64,000 bases of DNA from Malacoraja senta (Eukaryota). Below the pieces are notes generated by a model. That model ran no database searches and was not told where the DNA came from. It worked only from the letters and a program-made list of their open reading frames with translations. The DNA lies in assembly GCA_038087875.1 (NCBI GenBank), contig CM075987.1, forward strand, positions 18,850,001 to 18,914,000. Direction: 5' to 3'. Positions 27,311 through 39,772 of this stretch are shown here, piece by piece. How positions within the stretch are numbered: the first letter of the stretch is position 1; the number at the start of each line of letters is the position of its first letter. Position numbers and translations under genes: made by a program.

Positions 27311-29772
27311 GGTGCGACCCAAAACATAACCTACCCATATTTTCCAGAGATGCTGCCTGACTCGCTGAGTTACTTCAGCACTTTGTATCATTTTGTGTAA
27401 ACAAGCACCTGCGATTCTTTGGAACAGAAACAGTTGGTGACTCGGGTGGAGGTTTCTTGAGATCAGAGGTTCATAAGACCGTGAACACAATTCCCGTCCA
27501 TCTCTCATCCCAGATATCACTGCATTATCCATTCGGAGTAAAATATGATGGGCGCTCCAATGGCAACGTGTCCTGATCTCACTCCCCCGGCCGGGCGACT
27601 TCGGAGACACTTCTGCCCATCGCGCCGCTGCTCCTTGTTGTCATTTAAGATGTGTTGGGAACCACATTTACAAAGTTACGAGCAATCCGTCACACTCCCA
27701 GAGAGTAAGGTCTGGCCGGAACTACTGACATGACGAACCACCCGGTGGACGGGCCCTACGGAAATACGGCACGATGAACTGCAGATGCTAGTTTACATGA
27801 AAAAAAGATAAAGCTGCTGGAGTAACTCAGAGGGTTAAAGCAGCATCTCTGGAGAACAAGCAGTCGACGGTTCGCGTCGGGACTCTTCTTCAGATTTGGT
27901 TATAGTAGGGGGGGGGGGGAGAAACTGGAAGAGAGGCGGAGATAGGACAAAGCCTGGCAAGTGATATATGAATACTGTGGATTTTTTTATTGTTATATTA
28001 GAAGAGGTTCGATAGTTTTCGTGTAAAGTATGATTTGACGGGATAGCATGTACAACACAAGGATTTCACTGGGTAGAGTCGAGTCATACAGCACGGAAAA
28101 AATCCATTTGGCCCAACTTGCTCATGCCGACCAAAATGCCTCATCTACACTTGCCCCACCTGCCCGCGTTAAGCCCTCTAAACCTTTCCTATCCATGTAT
28201 ATTTCCCGTCCAAATGTATTTGAAATGTTGTTATATTACCTGTCTCAACTACTTTCTATGGCAGCTCGTTCCAAATACCCACCATTCTCTGTGTGAAAAA
28301 ATTGCCCCTCAGGTTTCTATTAATTGTTTCACATCTCACCTTAAATCTATGTCCGCTGCACCTTGATTCCCATACCCTCGCCATTTACCCTGTATATTCC
28401 CCTCGTGATTTTATACACCGGAATATCACCCCTCAGCCTCTTGCACTCCAAGGAATAAAGTCCTTGCCTGCCCAACTTCTCCCTGTAGCTCAGGCCCTCA
28501 AGTCCTGGCAACACCCTCATTAAATAAATGTCTACAACGTGCACTGAGTTAACGACGACAGGAACGGCCTATATTTTAGAATATGTTCATTATATTACGA
28601 GAAAAAGGGGCTGACGGGCCTGTTCCTGTGCTTTACTGTTCAACGTTCTGTCAATTTGTTTTGTTTAATGTGAAATGTGTAATAAGAAACTGAGGTGCAG
28701 CGTTTTCACACACAGGGTGGTGGGTATATGGACTTCTCTTGTTTGCTATTTATTACCCCGTGCCGAAATGCGTTCTGACATTTTTTGTCATTTTCAATAT
28801 TTTTAAACTTAAATAAATTACTTATTTAAATAAAATCATTGCAATTTAAATAAAATTATAGTGAGTAAATGTATTATTTTAAATGAAGACAGGGTTCCCG
28901 TACCTCGGCACCGTCACTACCTTCAATGCTGGTGCATTTTTCTCAGGCAGTGGCACTGTCACGTTGCTATTATTGGTTAATCTATTAACTTTTCCCTTAA
29001 CAGTGACCACAGTTTGCACCGGCCTTAAATTATATTCCTTCATTATACATTTGAGCTCAATTAAAACGCAACTGGAGTTAAACCTCGGTTCGCTTGTTGT
29101 TAGTGCTGACCAATCGTATTTAAATTAATCACACGAGCGAGGAAATAGCTGGAAATTAATATATGCAGCCGGTTACATTATAATAAGAAGCGAGCGCCGT
29201 AATTAATCAAAAAACACGGTCATTTTTTATCCCAGTCGCCGAAGAGATGTGATCTCGTTCGACGGTTCAACGGAAACAAGTGATATTCGCACTGAATTCC
29301 TGCAGGATTGTGAACGGCAGTCAAGTGAAAATGTCACATTTTTCGGGGAGTTCCGGAGCCCGACGTAACTCGCGGTAACAAGTCATTGATTCAATGTAGA
29401 ATATTACGTGCAGACGTTGGGACTGCAATAAGGTTAATTCCGCGGTGCGCGCACTTTAAACAAGACAGGTAGGTACACTGCACTTTAAAATATGGATAGG
29501 ATCGAACTGTAAGAACGGGTGTTCTCTGCTATCTGACAGACTTGTGGGAGGGTCGGCATCGTTAACTCCGTGACACCCTGCACGGATCCCGGCGCTTGTG
29601 ACACGATCCCCTTCTGTTTGGGAAAGGATTTCTCCTGAACAGTTCAATGCAGAGCGTCGAATCTTAGACTCCCGCAAAATGTTACATTATCGGGATGGGA
29701 GTCGGGTCTCCGCTTTAAAATCCGAATTAATGCCAGTTATTTGTATAATATTATATGCAGAATATATATACA

Positions 29773-29812
<40 letters not shown>

Positions 29813-29815
<3 letters not shown>

Positions 29816-29843
29816 CAAATTAGTATATAATATTATATGCAGA

Positions 29844-29889
<46 letters not shown>

Positions 29890-29920
29890 TCTGCATATAA
29901 TATTATATACTAATTTGTAT
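29813..29920. repeat. Perfect 108-bp AT-rich palindrome centred on (AT)13
   Basis: The 41-bp arms are exact reverse complements around an (AT)13 centre. Confidence 0.95.
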
Positions 29921-31081
29921 AATATTATGTATTATTATTAAGGAGAAACATTTAAAACTCGTTCTTGTGGCAACTTTATTTAACCTGCCTACGAATGAAA
30001 GGAGGGATGGATTAAAACTGTCCTACAATTCTTCGTGAAATATATATACATTAGAAGTCATTTTTTGAAAGAAGTTCTTAACTAGAATAACAAGAGCAGA
30101 TTTGAAAGAACACGGGAAACAGCGACCTGAGTCCATACCTGAGAAAGATATGTTTGGATAAGTCTCGTTCCCGAAATCAACACATGCCCCTGTCCATTCT
30201 CTGATCGGTTGGCCGATGGCCGATGGCCGATCCCCTGTTATTTTGAGAGCACGACTCCATTTTACTTGATTATTTGATGACTTTCCCACAATGGTGTTGT
30301 CCGTATTACCGTTCCAAAATATTTTAACAGTGCGGTAACATTTAGGGGTTGATGTTGTCATCTCACAACAGATCAGTATTTTTAGATCTGACTGAATTTC
30401 CTTTGTGAATAAGTGAACCCACCGAAGGCAGATTTTCCAACGTCCCCTGCTCTTACTGACCTAATTAATCCCAAAACGGGATTTAATCGTGCAGGAGTCT
30501 TTAGAAAATATTCGTGAAGTATACAATGCAAGTGTGTACTCTCAATACAATGAAAAGTTGAAAATGGACGTTATTCTAATTTAAATGGGGAAGAGTGTGC
30601 ATCGGGGTGGAATGAGTCTTATTGGGAACGTATTTGTTAATCAAGGTTTACGTTCAGGTGGTTCCTTTTGCAGAAATCCATACACGTTACTCTCCCTGAC
30701 GATATAGTCACAGAGAAATGACAGGGTAAATTGAAGTTACGAGGCATCTCATCTAACACAACCCCCTCCATCACAACGGACCGAGAATTCGTTTGGTTGC
30801 GTCAGTGGAGAAACCAATGTCCCTGATTAGACATTCATAATGTTGTCAGTAATTTTTAATTTTGTTAAAAGGAATACATTTTGCTTGTTAAAATCCATGA
30901 TTCATTAAAAAAAAAGATTGCGTTCAAAAATAAAGTTCACAACGCTCAGAAAAATATCTACAAAATTAAATATCATGTTTATATTCATAAATGTCGGATA
31001 TTAAGCCTACTAATGTTGCATATTAATTACACGTGAGTAATGACGCGGGGTACTATCCTAGCCTTGGGTTGAGTCCCGTAC

Positions 31082-31158
31082 TCAATCTCTTTTTGCTCGT
31101 CCATCAGTGCTAACAAAAGGTTCCTCTTAAAGACCTGGGTAGCTGATTCGGACTCCAC
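31082..31158 (-). other. Candidate alternative first coding exon in LHX3 intron 2
   Basis: Encodes (V/M)ESESATQVFKRNLLLALMDEQKEI-, with donor GA|gtacgg in phase 2, matching exon 3. See findings. Confidence 0.35.
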
Positions 31159-33428
31159 TTTCCGCCAACCCCCGCTTGTCAGTGTAGTGACCCAGTTCAG
31201 CGGCTGGGGGGGATTTGGACGGTCTAATCCTTGCCTTTCAATCTCTCGTTTAAGCAAGAAGATGGCAGAGAGATATTAATCGTCCTAGCTCAGAAAATAA
31301 AAATAAGAAAAAAATAGACAAATAAGAGGCTTAGTTCTTTGGTTGGATGTGTGAGTGGGCCATCGTGTGTGTGCGCCTGTGTCCACGCCGTTATTAAACC
31401 GTTCACTTGTTTCTGGACGCTACATTTCATTTAATAACGAATCTCGTGGTAAACATCTTATACAATATATATTGTGTGGAAAGGTAAGGAACGATATTAA
31501 TATCCAAAATAAACAGTGGACAACTTCCGCCTTTGTACATAATTATCACGTCAACCTGCCCTATATGTAAACGCCCAAAATATACAATATCCATTTAGAA
31601 TATAAATAAGATGTAGAATATTGTCATCTGTATAAAGTGCGCCGCCAGCGATTAGTTTCTATCAGGTACAGAACACAGATAACCTGTCAATAACAAACCG
31701 GTACATGGAACCTATTTTGTTCTGAGAAAGCTCAGGTCACGTTTCAAAATCAGAGGAATTCGCTTAATCGATACATCTGCCCCAATATTTAAATGGATTA
31801 CTGTTAAAGACTAACATATTCTTCCTCTGGAAGTTTGTCATTGATGGCTGAATTGTTAGGTACATTTAACAAATTTAAATCTGATATATTCAGTTATCAA
31901 AAGACAAACCTGCAGCTTATTTATCTTTTTGCAATTTTTCGTGGTCATCTTGTCATTTTTAAACACTGTTGTTAGTCGAAATTAAACATTCAGACACGTC
32001 GTTTCATTTATGTTTAAGTAAAGCTTTGATAGAACGCCTTTTATGACCTAGATGCGAGCCGGTACAGTGACGGTATAACCATATAACCATATAACAATTA
32101 CAGCACGGAAACAGGCACAGACAAGAGATTTGGCATTTCTACATATGGGGGGCTACAGCTTGTACGTTGCAGGGAACTCTGCAGCCAATGGTTTTACAGA
32201 GACATGGCCCGCAAAAAAAGCGTGATCATCTCCAGGCTTGCCCGGGGTTAGGTCATATGCCGAGGAATTAATATTGGCCACGACATTCCCTGCTCTTCCT
32301 CGAAGTGTTCTCATGGGATGTGTGATGTTTTAAGAAACAGTTAGGCAGGTACATGGTTTGGACAGGTTTGGAGGGATATGGACCAAACGCAGGCAGGTGG
32401 GACAAGTGTAGCTGAGGCATGTTGGTCAGTGTGGGCAAGTTGGGTCGAAGAGCCTGTTTCCACACTGTATCACTCTATGACCTTGACTCCGTATGCTCCC
32501 GAATTGGTCCAATGAATCATCGGATGACAATGCTGCGGTAAACCACTCCAGCCATGATCTCGAGTACTCCCCCAATCGCTTGAGGCAAGCTTTGAAGCCA
32601 CCGCGTGATTCTACGAGGTGAGGGAAATTGGAGGGAGGGGGGTGGGGTGGGTGGAGAGATTTGGGGAAGTGGTTGCTTCCACTAAGCCATTACACCCTGC
32701 AGTCGTACGCTACATTTAAATATGTAAATAAACAAGCAATGAGAATATGATAGACACAAAAAGCTACATACAGTAGTAACTCAGCGGGCCATGGAGACAC
32801 AGGTGAATGGCGGACGCTGCAGTCTGGTGCAAAAACTGCTGGTGAACTCAGCGGGTCAGGCAGCATCTGTGAAAGATCAGGCCGAAGAAGCGGGACCCGA
32901 CGAGAAATGAGGTCTGTCCGTTCGCTCGGCAGATGTTGCCTGACCCGCTGAGTTCCTCCAGCATGAGTTTTGCTCAAGATTCAGCATCTACAGTTCCTCG
33001 TGTCTCATCCAATGCAATGTTGCCTATTTAGTCCAAACCGGCGACTTATCTGCCCAATCATGATATACCTTCTGCAAAATATAAATACGTTAAACCAAAA
33101 CTAAATCACGGCAGGAAGTTCTCTCTACAATCTCTATGTGAAAATATATATATATTTTTTTAATAAAGCGAGTTCGAAATAGAGTGTGGGTTGCAATTGA
33201 AAATTTGGACAGCGACTTTGAATTAAATGCAACCATCGTCTGACGCCTGTTTCCATTGATGCATGTCCACAGTTGTAAAACAATCTCGAGGCACGGGTGT
33301 TATTTGCTGTCAGTTTTGGCCTCAGACTGAGGCTTCCCAATGTTTCCTGACTGGGAAGGTGACTGGGATGACAGGCTGAGAGGTAGAGAGACACGCAGAT
33401 GGGAAGGGATAGATAAAACTGAACTCAC

Positions 33429-33600
33429 TTGAAGAAATCCTCTTTACAGTAGACACTCTCTCCTCGGCTGAAGCATTTCTCGGTCAGTTGTTGCTGACAG
33501 TCGCTACACTTCAGGCATTTCCCATGCCAGTGACGGTCCAGGACCTTCAGAATAAACCTGTCCACGATGTGTTGATTGCAGCCGGCACAAAGTGGAATAT
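33429..33600 (-). CDS. lhx3: LHX3 exon 2, LIM domain 1 ([58 protein letters not shown])
   Basis: Typical LHX3/4 LIM1 sequence. Acceptor tgtgtgcag|, donor AA|gtgagt (phase 2), 172 bp. Confidence 0.97.
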
Positions 33601-33759
33601 CTGCACACACAGAACCAAATTAAACACGAATAATAGCACAACACGGGATTTTGTCTCCAATTTACAACATTCAGAAGCACCTGACAATATTACAACGAAA
33701 CTTCGTTCATGGATTGAATATATTCCCAGTACAGGAAGAACCAACGAGATGGAGGGTAG

Positions 33760-34413
33760 CTAATGTTATCGCACTTTTCAAAAAAGGAGCGAACGGGGAA
33801 TGATAGACAGGTTAGCCTGACTTCTGTGGTGGGGAAGATGCTGGAGTCAATTATTAAAGAATTAATAACGGCGCATTTGGATAGTAGTAAAAGGATTGGT
33901 CCAAGTCAGCGTGGATTTATGAAGGGGAAATCCTGCTTGACTAGTCTTCTGTAATTTTTTGAGGATGTGATTAGTAAAATGGATGAAGGAGAGCCAGTGG
34001 ATGTAGTGTATCTGGACATTCATAAAGCCTTTGATAAGGTTGCACACAGGAGATTAGTGGGCAAAATTAGAGCACATGGTATTGGGGGTAGGGTATAGAC
34101 ATGGATAGGGAATTGGTTGGCAGTCAGGAAACAAAGAGTAGGAATAAACGGGTCTCTGTCAGAATGGGAGGCAGTGTCGAGTGGAGTGCCGCTAGGCTCG
34201 GTGCTGGGGCCGCAACTATTTACAATATATATTAATGATTTAGATGGTGGGATTAAAAGTAACACTAGCAAATTTGCAGATGACACAAAGCTGAGTGGCA
34301 GTGTGAACTGAAAAGAGGATGCTTGGAGGTTGCAGGGTGACATGGACAGGTTAAGTCAGTGGGAGGTTATTCACTTTGGCGGCAAGCACAAGGAAACAGA
34401 TTGTTATCTCAAT
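33760..34413 (+). mobile_element. CR1-type LINE internal RT fragment, ~160 bp from the LHX3 exon 2 acceptor
   Basis: [36 protein letters not shown] and FADDTK, with in-frame stops. Confidence 0.9.
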
Positions 34414-34612
34414 GGTAGACAAAAATGCTGGAGCAACTCAGCGGGTGAGGCAGCATCTATGGAGCGAGGGAATAGGTGGCGTTTCGGGTCGAGGCCCTTC
34501 TTCAGACTGAATTGTGGCTATTTCAACAAGCACGCAGTCTTGTCTATATTAATAAGAAATTCAGCTTGCCAGCCAACGTGAGAATCCATGGTTGGTACCC
34601 CATATCCATACA

Positions 34613-34675
34613 TGAGACACACGTACACACGCGTACACACACGCACACACACAGACACACACACACACACACGCA

Positions 34676-34773
<98 letters not shown>

Positions 34774-34787
34774 CACACGCACAGACA
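34613..34787. repeat. (CA)n microsatellite
   Basis: Visible directly. Confidence 0.97.
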
Positions 34788-36274
34788 TGGTTACATTCAC
34801 AAGGACGAGCCTTTGCAGGGTGTGTGTTGTAAGCACTTCCGCTCCGAACCAACCATGACCACCTTATATTCTTTCTGCTACTCCGATGTTTTTTCTTTAA
34901 ATCGGCCGTTTACTTGCTTCTGATTTGCAGATTTGAGATTATCCTTTTGCCCTCAGTGGGTGGGACAGAGTCTCCGCTTGGATTAACATCCAACTCAACT
35001 TCCAGAAAGATGAATCCCTGAAATATCTGCCCCCCTGATTCTCCTAACCCGGAAAGTGGTGAGGCAGAAGACTTGCGCTGCACAGTAACCTCCAGAGATT
35101 TACGGAACCCGGGCAGAATCCTTTGAATAATGTCTCCTGGTTTGAGCAACATTCAGAGCATAACGCGATATATTTAATTATTTCTCTTTATGATGGGTGG
35201 CGAGCAGTGGGGAAAGTGAGGGTGGGAGATAATGAGAAAGCAAGTCCCTGACAAAATCCCAGCTCCTCTCTTTCGCCAAGCAGGGAATTATAGAGGCGTT
35301 TTCTGCCACCCTGCCCTATTCCATAAAGGACAGTTCTTGACGATACCCAGTTCCGACAAAACTCAGCTAATGGATCAACCAGAAATGAGGGTAACGGAAG
35401 GGTGAAGTCGTGTCACCGGTGACACATACTAGCCAATTGGAGACCGGGAGAGTGGTCGGCCAATCTCGACAGGTGAGTAACCCCTTGTCCATTGCGCGCT
35501 AACCCCGCATCATTTCCCAGCAAAATCCCCAGTCGCACCTGTTCGCACCATCTGGGTCAATTTCGGGTCAAATAGCAGCAGGTGGAATGTTTGGTTTTGC
35601 CCAGCGAGAACAGGAGCCCCAGAGAAAGTAGAATACGATATTCAGACAACAAAGGGGCTTTCTGATTTCTACAGGAGTGAACCTGGTTCTGACCCACGCA
35701 TTTTAATTACATTATTTACAGGTTTTAACCAAGTTTAAAACAAACTCATTTGTTTTTATACTGACATTTGTTTTAAACATAGGAATTGCTGGATTCAATG
35801 CGCCCCCCCCCCCCCCACCCCCATTCAGAGGCACAAAACTAATTACAGGAACACTGGTGCGAATTTTCAATCCTCTTTAAGTTCACTATCAAGGATCTTG
35901 AAAGAAGGCAGAGTGGGGTTTTATTAAAAATGTAAATAAAAATACTTTGGCGAAGTCTTTTACTTCGCGTCTAAGCTCAGCCGACGATGTGTGTAGAAAC
36001 TTGTATTACCTCAGATGATGCTAACTAAAGTGGAACAGCGTAGGAAAGAAATGCAGACGCTGGTTTAAACCGTAGATAAACACAGAAAGCTGGAGTAACT
36101 CAGCGGGTCTCGCGGAAGAAGGGTATCGACCCGAAACGTCGCCTATTTCCTTCCTCCAGAGATGCTGTCTGACCCGCTGAGTTACTCTAGCTTTTTGTGT
36201 CTATCTAAAGTGGAACAGCCCCGCACTGGAGATGAATCCGTGCGTCCAGCGCGCTCCGTTTTTGACGCCACTTC

Positions 36275-37501
36275 TTTTAAAATGCGAGTAATATATTCGT
36301 CACCGGACTGTGAAGGTGATCAATTAAAGCAACTTCGGTATAAGGGACACAGCGGACGTTACTTTCACACCAAACTGCTTTATGTCACTTCTGGTTGGTC
36401 GATTATGTAGCGAGGAGTATTATCCGGTAAATGTAGACACAAGGAACCGCAGATGCTGCAATATTGAGCACAACACAACGTGCTGGTGTGACTCAGTGGG
36501 CCAGGCAGCATCTGTGAGGGAGGTGGAGGGACAACTTTGGGTCGGTCCCTTCTTCATTAATAAATTCTGTGCGCCAGTAAGGAGGTGATTAACCCGACAA
36601 AGAGGAGGTAGCTACTGCCTTCCAATTCATTCCCCGTTATTATTACAAGCTCATTATGATTACTCCAGTTCTTTGTGGTTTTAGTCTAGATTCCAGTATC
36701 TGCAGTTTCTTGTGTCTTTTATCATGACCTGTCTGCCGTTAATGAGAAAAGACATATAAAACTAGCATATTTATTCAAATTCGATTCCAGTATTTCATGT
36801 GTTTGTTTGTTCATGGCTATTTCCCATGGATAAAATCAGGCTAAAGTGAATAATTGCAGGGATAAAGGACTTAGCCACAATGGTTAGATTTAGGTTCCTT
36901 ATTCCTTAAAGTGGACAATTTTATTTCGCAAACCGTTTATCTTTCTGATTGTGTTTATACGGGGGAGCGGATCAAAGGATTAACCATGAACTTGCGTGGA
37001 GGTTTGGTTCCTAAACTTCCTCTTGAAATAACACCTGCTCCGACCTGCCACGCCGCTTCACCGCTGTGCCGCTGAAAGCTACCACGCAGATCATTAAACG
37101 CCGCGTTAATCATAATACGGTTATAATGAGCTTGTAATAATAACGGGAATGAATTGGAAGGCGGTAGCTACCTCCTCTTTGTCGGGTTAATCACCTCCTT
37201 ACTGGCGCACAGAATTTACTAATGAAGAAGCGACCGACCCAAAGTCGTCCCTCCACCTCCCCTCACAGATGCTGCCTGGCTCACTGTCACACCAGCACGT
37301 TGTGTTGTGCTCAATATTCCAGCATCTGCGGTTCATTGTTTCTACATTTACCGGATAATACCCCTCGCTACATAATCGACCCACCAGAAGTGACATAAAA
37401 CAGTTTGGTGTGAAAGTAAAGTCCGCTGTGTCCCTTATACCGAAGTTGCTCAATTGATCAACTTCACAGCCCGTGACGAATATATTACTCGCATTTTAAA
37501 A
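36275..37501. repeat. Long inverted repeat: arms 36275-36657 and 37123-37501, 465-bp spacer
   Basis: The arms align as reverse complements over ~380 bp with scattered substitutions and small indels. Confidence 0.95.
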
Positions 37502-38100
37502 CACACATTGTGTACACGGCCACACCATTTAATTAACCCTCGGGCATGGGCCTCGCTGGCGAGTGAGAGTTCCTTGTCCATCTCTGGTTCCCACGGAAAA
37601 GTGACTCGAAGAAAATGGATGACTCATACGACCATTTCAAAGAACGGCCAAACCAAGAGCCGGTAACGCCGACATATTTCCTCCTCCCTCTCCCCCCCAC
37701 CCCGCCCCACACTAAATGAAAGAAAACCATTAATGAACTGGAGACAGAAGAAACTACTGACGCTGGAATCTTGAACAAAAGATAACGTGCTAGAGGAACT
37801 CAGCGGGTTAAGCAAAGTCTGTGGAAGGAATGGTCAGGCGACGTTTAGGGTCGTGACCCGACAGGATGTAAGATCGGCCGGTTTTCTGACCAACCCAGAA
37901 AATAATGGTTTCGTCTGGTTTTAGTTGCCATAGTGTTAGAGCTGTACAGTACAGAAACAGGCCATTCAGTCCTCCTTTGCCATACCGACCAAGTTGCCAT
38001 ACTCCCATTTGTCGGCATTTGGCCATTGCCTTCAAAACCCTTCCTATCTAGATATCCGGCAACTGTATTTTTAAAGTCCCTTTACAGAAAAAAACAACTA

Positions 38101-39118
38101 CTTTAACTGGTCCCTTTCAGAATGGCAGGCAGTGACTAGTGGGGTGTCGCAAGGCTGGGACCCCAGTTGTTTACGATTTTGACGAGGGAATTAAATGTAA
38201 CATCTCTAAATTTGCGGATGACACAAAGCTGGGTGGCAGTGTGAGCTGCGAGAAGGATGCTATGAGGCTGCAGGGTCTTGGGTAGGTTCGATGAGTGGGC
38301 AGAAGCATGGCAGATGCAGTATAATGTGGATAAATGGAGGTGATCAATTTTGGTGGCAAGAACAGGAAGACAGATTAGATCTAAATGGTGTCAGATTAGG
38401 AGATGGGAAGGTGTAACGAGACCTGGGTTTGCTTGTACATCAGCCACTGAAAGTAAGCATGCAGGTACAGCAGGCAGTGAAGAAAGCCAATGGCCTTCAT
38501 TGCGAGAGGATTTGAGTTTAGGAGCAATGAGGTCCTACTGCAGTTGTACAAGGCCCTGGTGAGACCGCACCTGGAGTATTGTGTGCAATTTTGGTCTTCT
38601 AATTTGAAGAAGGACATTAATGCTATTGAGGGAGTGCAGCGTAGGTTCACTCGGTTAATTCCCGGGATGGCGGGACTGACGTATGATGAAAGAATGGGTC
38701 GACTGGGCTTGTATTCGCTGGAATTTAGAAGGATGAGAGGAGATCTTATAGAAACATATACAATTCTTAGAGGATTGGACAGGGTAGACGCTGGAAAAAT
38801 GTTCCCGATGTTGGGGGAGTCCAGAGCCAGGGGACACAGTTTAAGAATAAGGGATGGGCCATTTAGGACTGAGATGAGGAAAAACCTTTTCACCCAGTGA
38901 GTTGTGAATCTGTGGAATTCTTTGCCACAGAAGACAGTGGAGGCCAATTCACTGGATGTTTTCGATTTAGCTCTTAGTTCTAAAGGAATCAATGGATATG
39001 GGGAAAAGCCGTAACGCCGTTCTGATTTTGGTTGATCAGCCATGATCATATTGAATGGCGGTGCTGGCTCGAAGGGCCGAATGGCCTACTCCTGCACCTA
39101 TTTTCAATGTTTCTATGT
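38101..39118 (+). mobile_element. CR1-type LINE 3' fragment
   Basis: FADDTK-coding DNA and LYKALVRPHLEYCVQFW...RARGHSLRI. Ends in the tail ggccgaatggcctactcctgcacctatttt...tttctatgt. Confidence 0.92.
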
Positions 39119-39588
39119 TACTCTCATGGTATTAAAATTATTAATTGACAGCATTCTGGAGAGCAGTAATAAACCAACTTGAACTCAAAGTTCAACAGCT
39201 GGTTCCATCCTGACCTCGGGTACTGTCTGTGTGATGTTTGCACGTTCCCTCTGTGTCCACGTGGGTTTCCTCCGGGTGCTCCGGTTTCCTACCCGCCAGT
39301 TCAAAGACGTGCAGGTTTGTCGGTTGATTGGTCTCTGTAAAATAGGCCCCAATGTGTCGGGAGTGAATGCGAAAGTGAGACAACATAGGACTAGTGGGAA
39401 CGAGTGATCGCGGTCGGCTTGAACTCTGTTGGGCCGAAGGGCCTGCTTCCATGCTGTATATTTCAATCAATTTGTACATTGAAGAAAATTGGGGCTCAGG
39501 ACGTTGGCCATCGCGTCCGAACCGGTCAGCATGAAGCCAGCCTCATCCCATTGCCCACTGCCTGGGCCACAACAGGTTACATCACTTG

Positions 39589-39772
39589 AGGGTAGCACGG
39601 TGGCGCAGCGGTAGAGCTGCCCGGGTTCGATCCTGGCTACGGGTTCTGTCTGTACGGAGTTTGTACGTTCTCCCCGTGACCTGCATAGAGTTTCTCAGAG
39701 ATCTTCGGTTTCCTCCCACACCCCAAAGACGTCCAGGTTTGTAGGTTAATTGTCTAAACTAAACTAAATTAA
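39589..39772 (+). mobile_element. tRNA-headed SINE with internal deletions
   Basis: A-box-like tggcgcagcgg, B-box ggttcgatcc, V-like core and an aaactaaactaaa tail. Confidence 0.75.

Noticed and set aside
34910..35330. Possible exon 1b upstream of exon 2 (MLLKPG... ORF and a SLLGEREEL-like peptide)
   Set aside because: There is no phase-1 donor in an open frame and no suitable start codon for the second peptide.
39589..39640. tRNA-like sequence with A and B boxes
   Set aside because: It runs straight into a SINE core and tail and has no complete cloverleaf, so it is a SINE head and not a tRNA gene.
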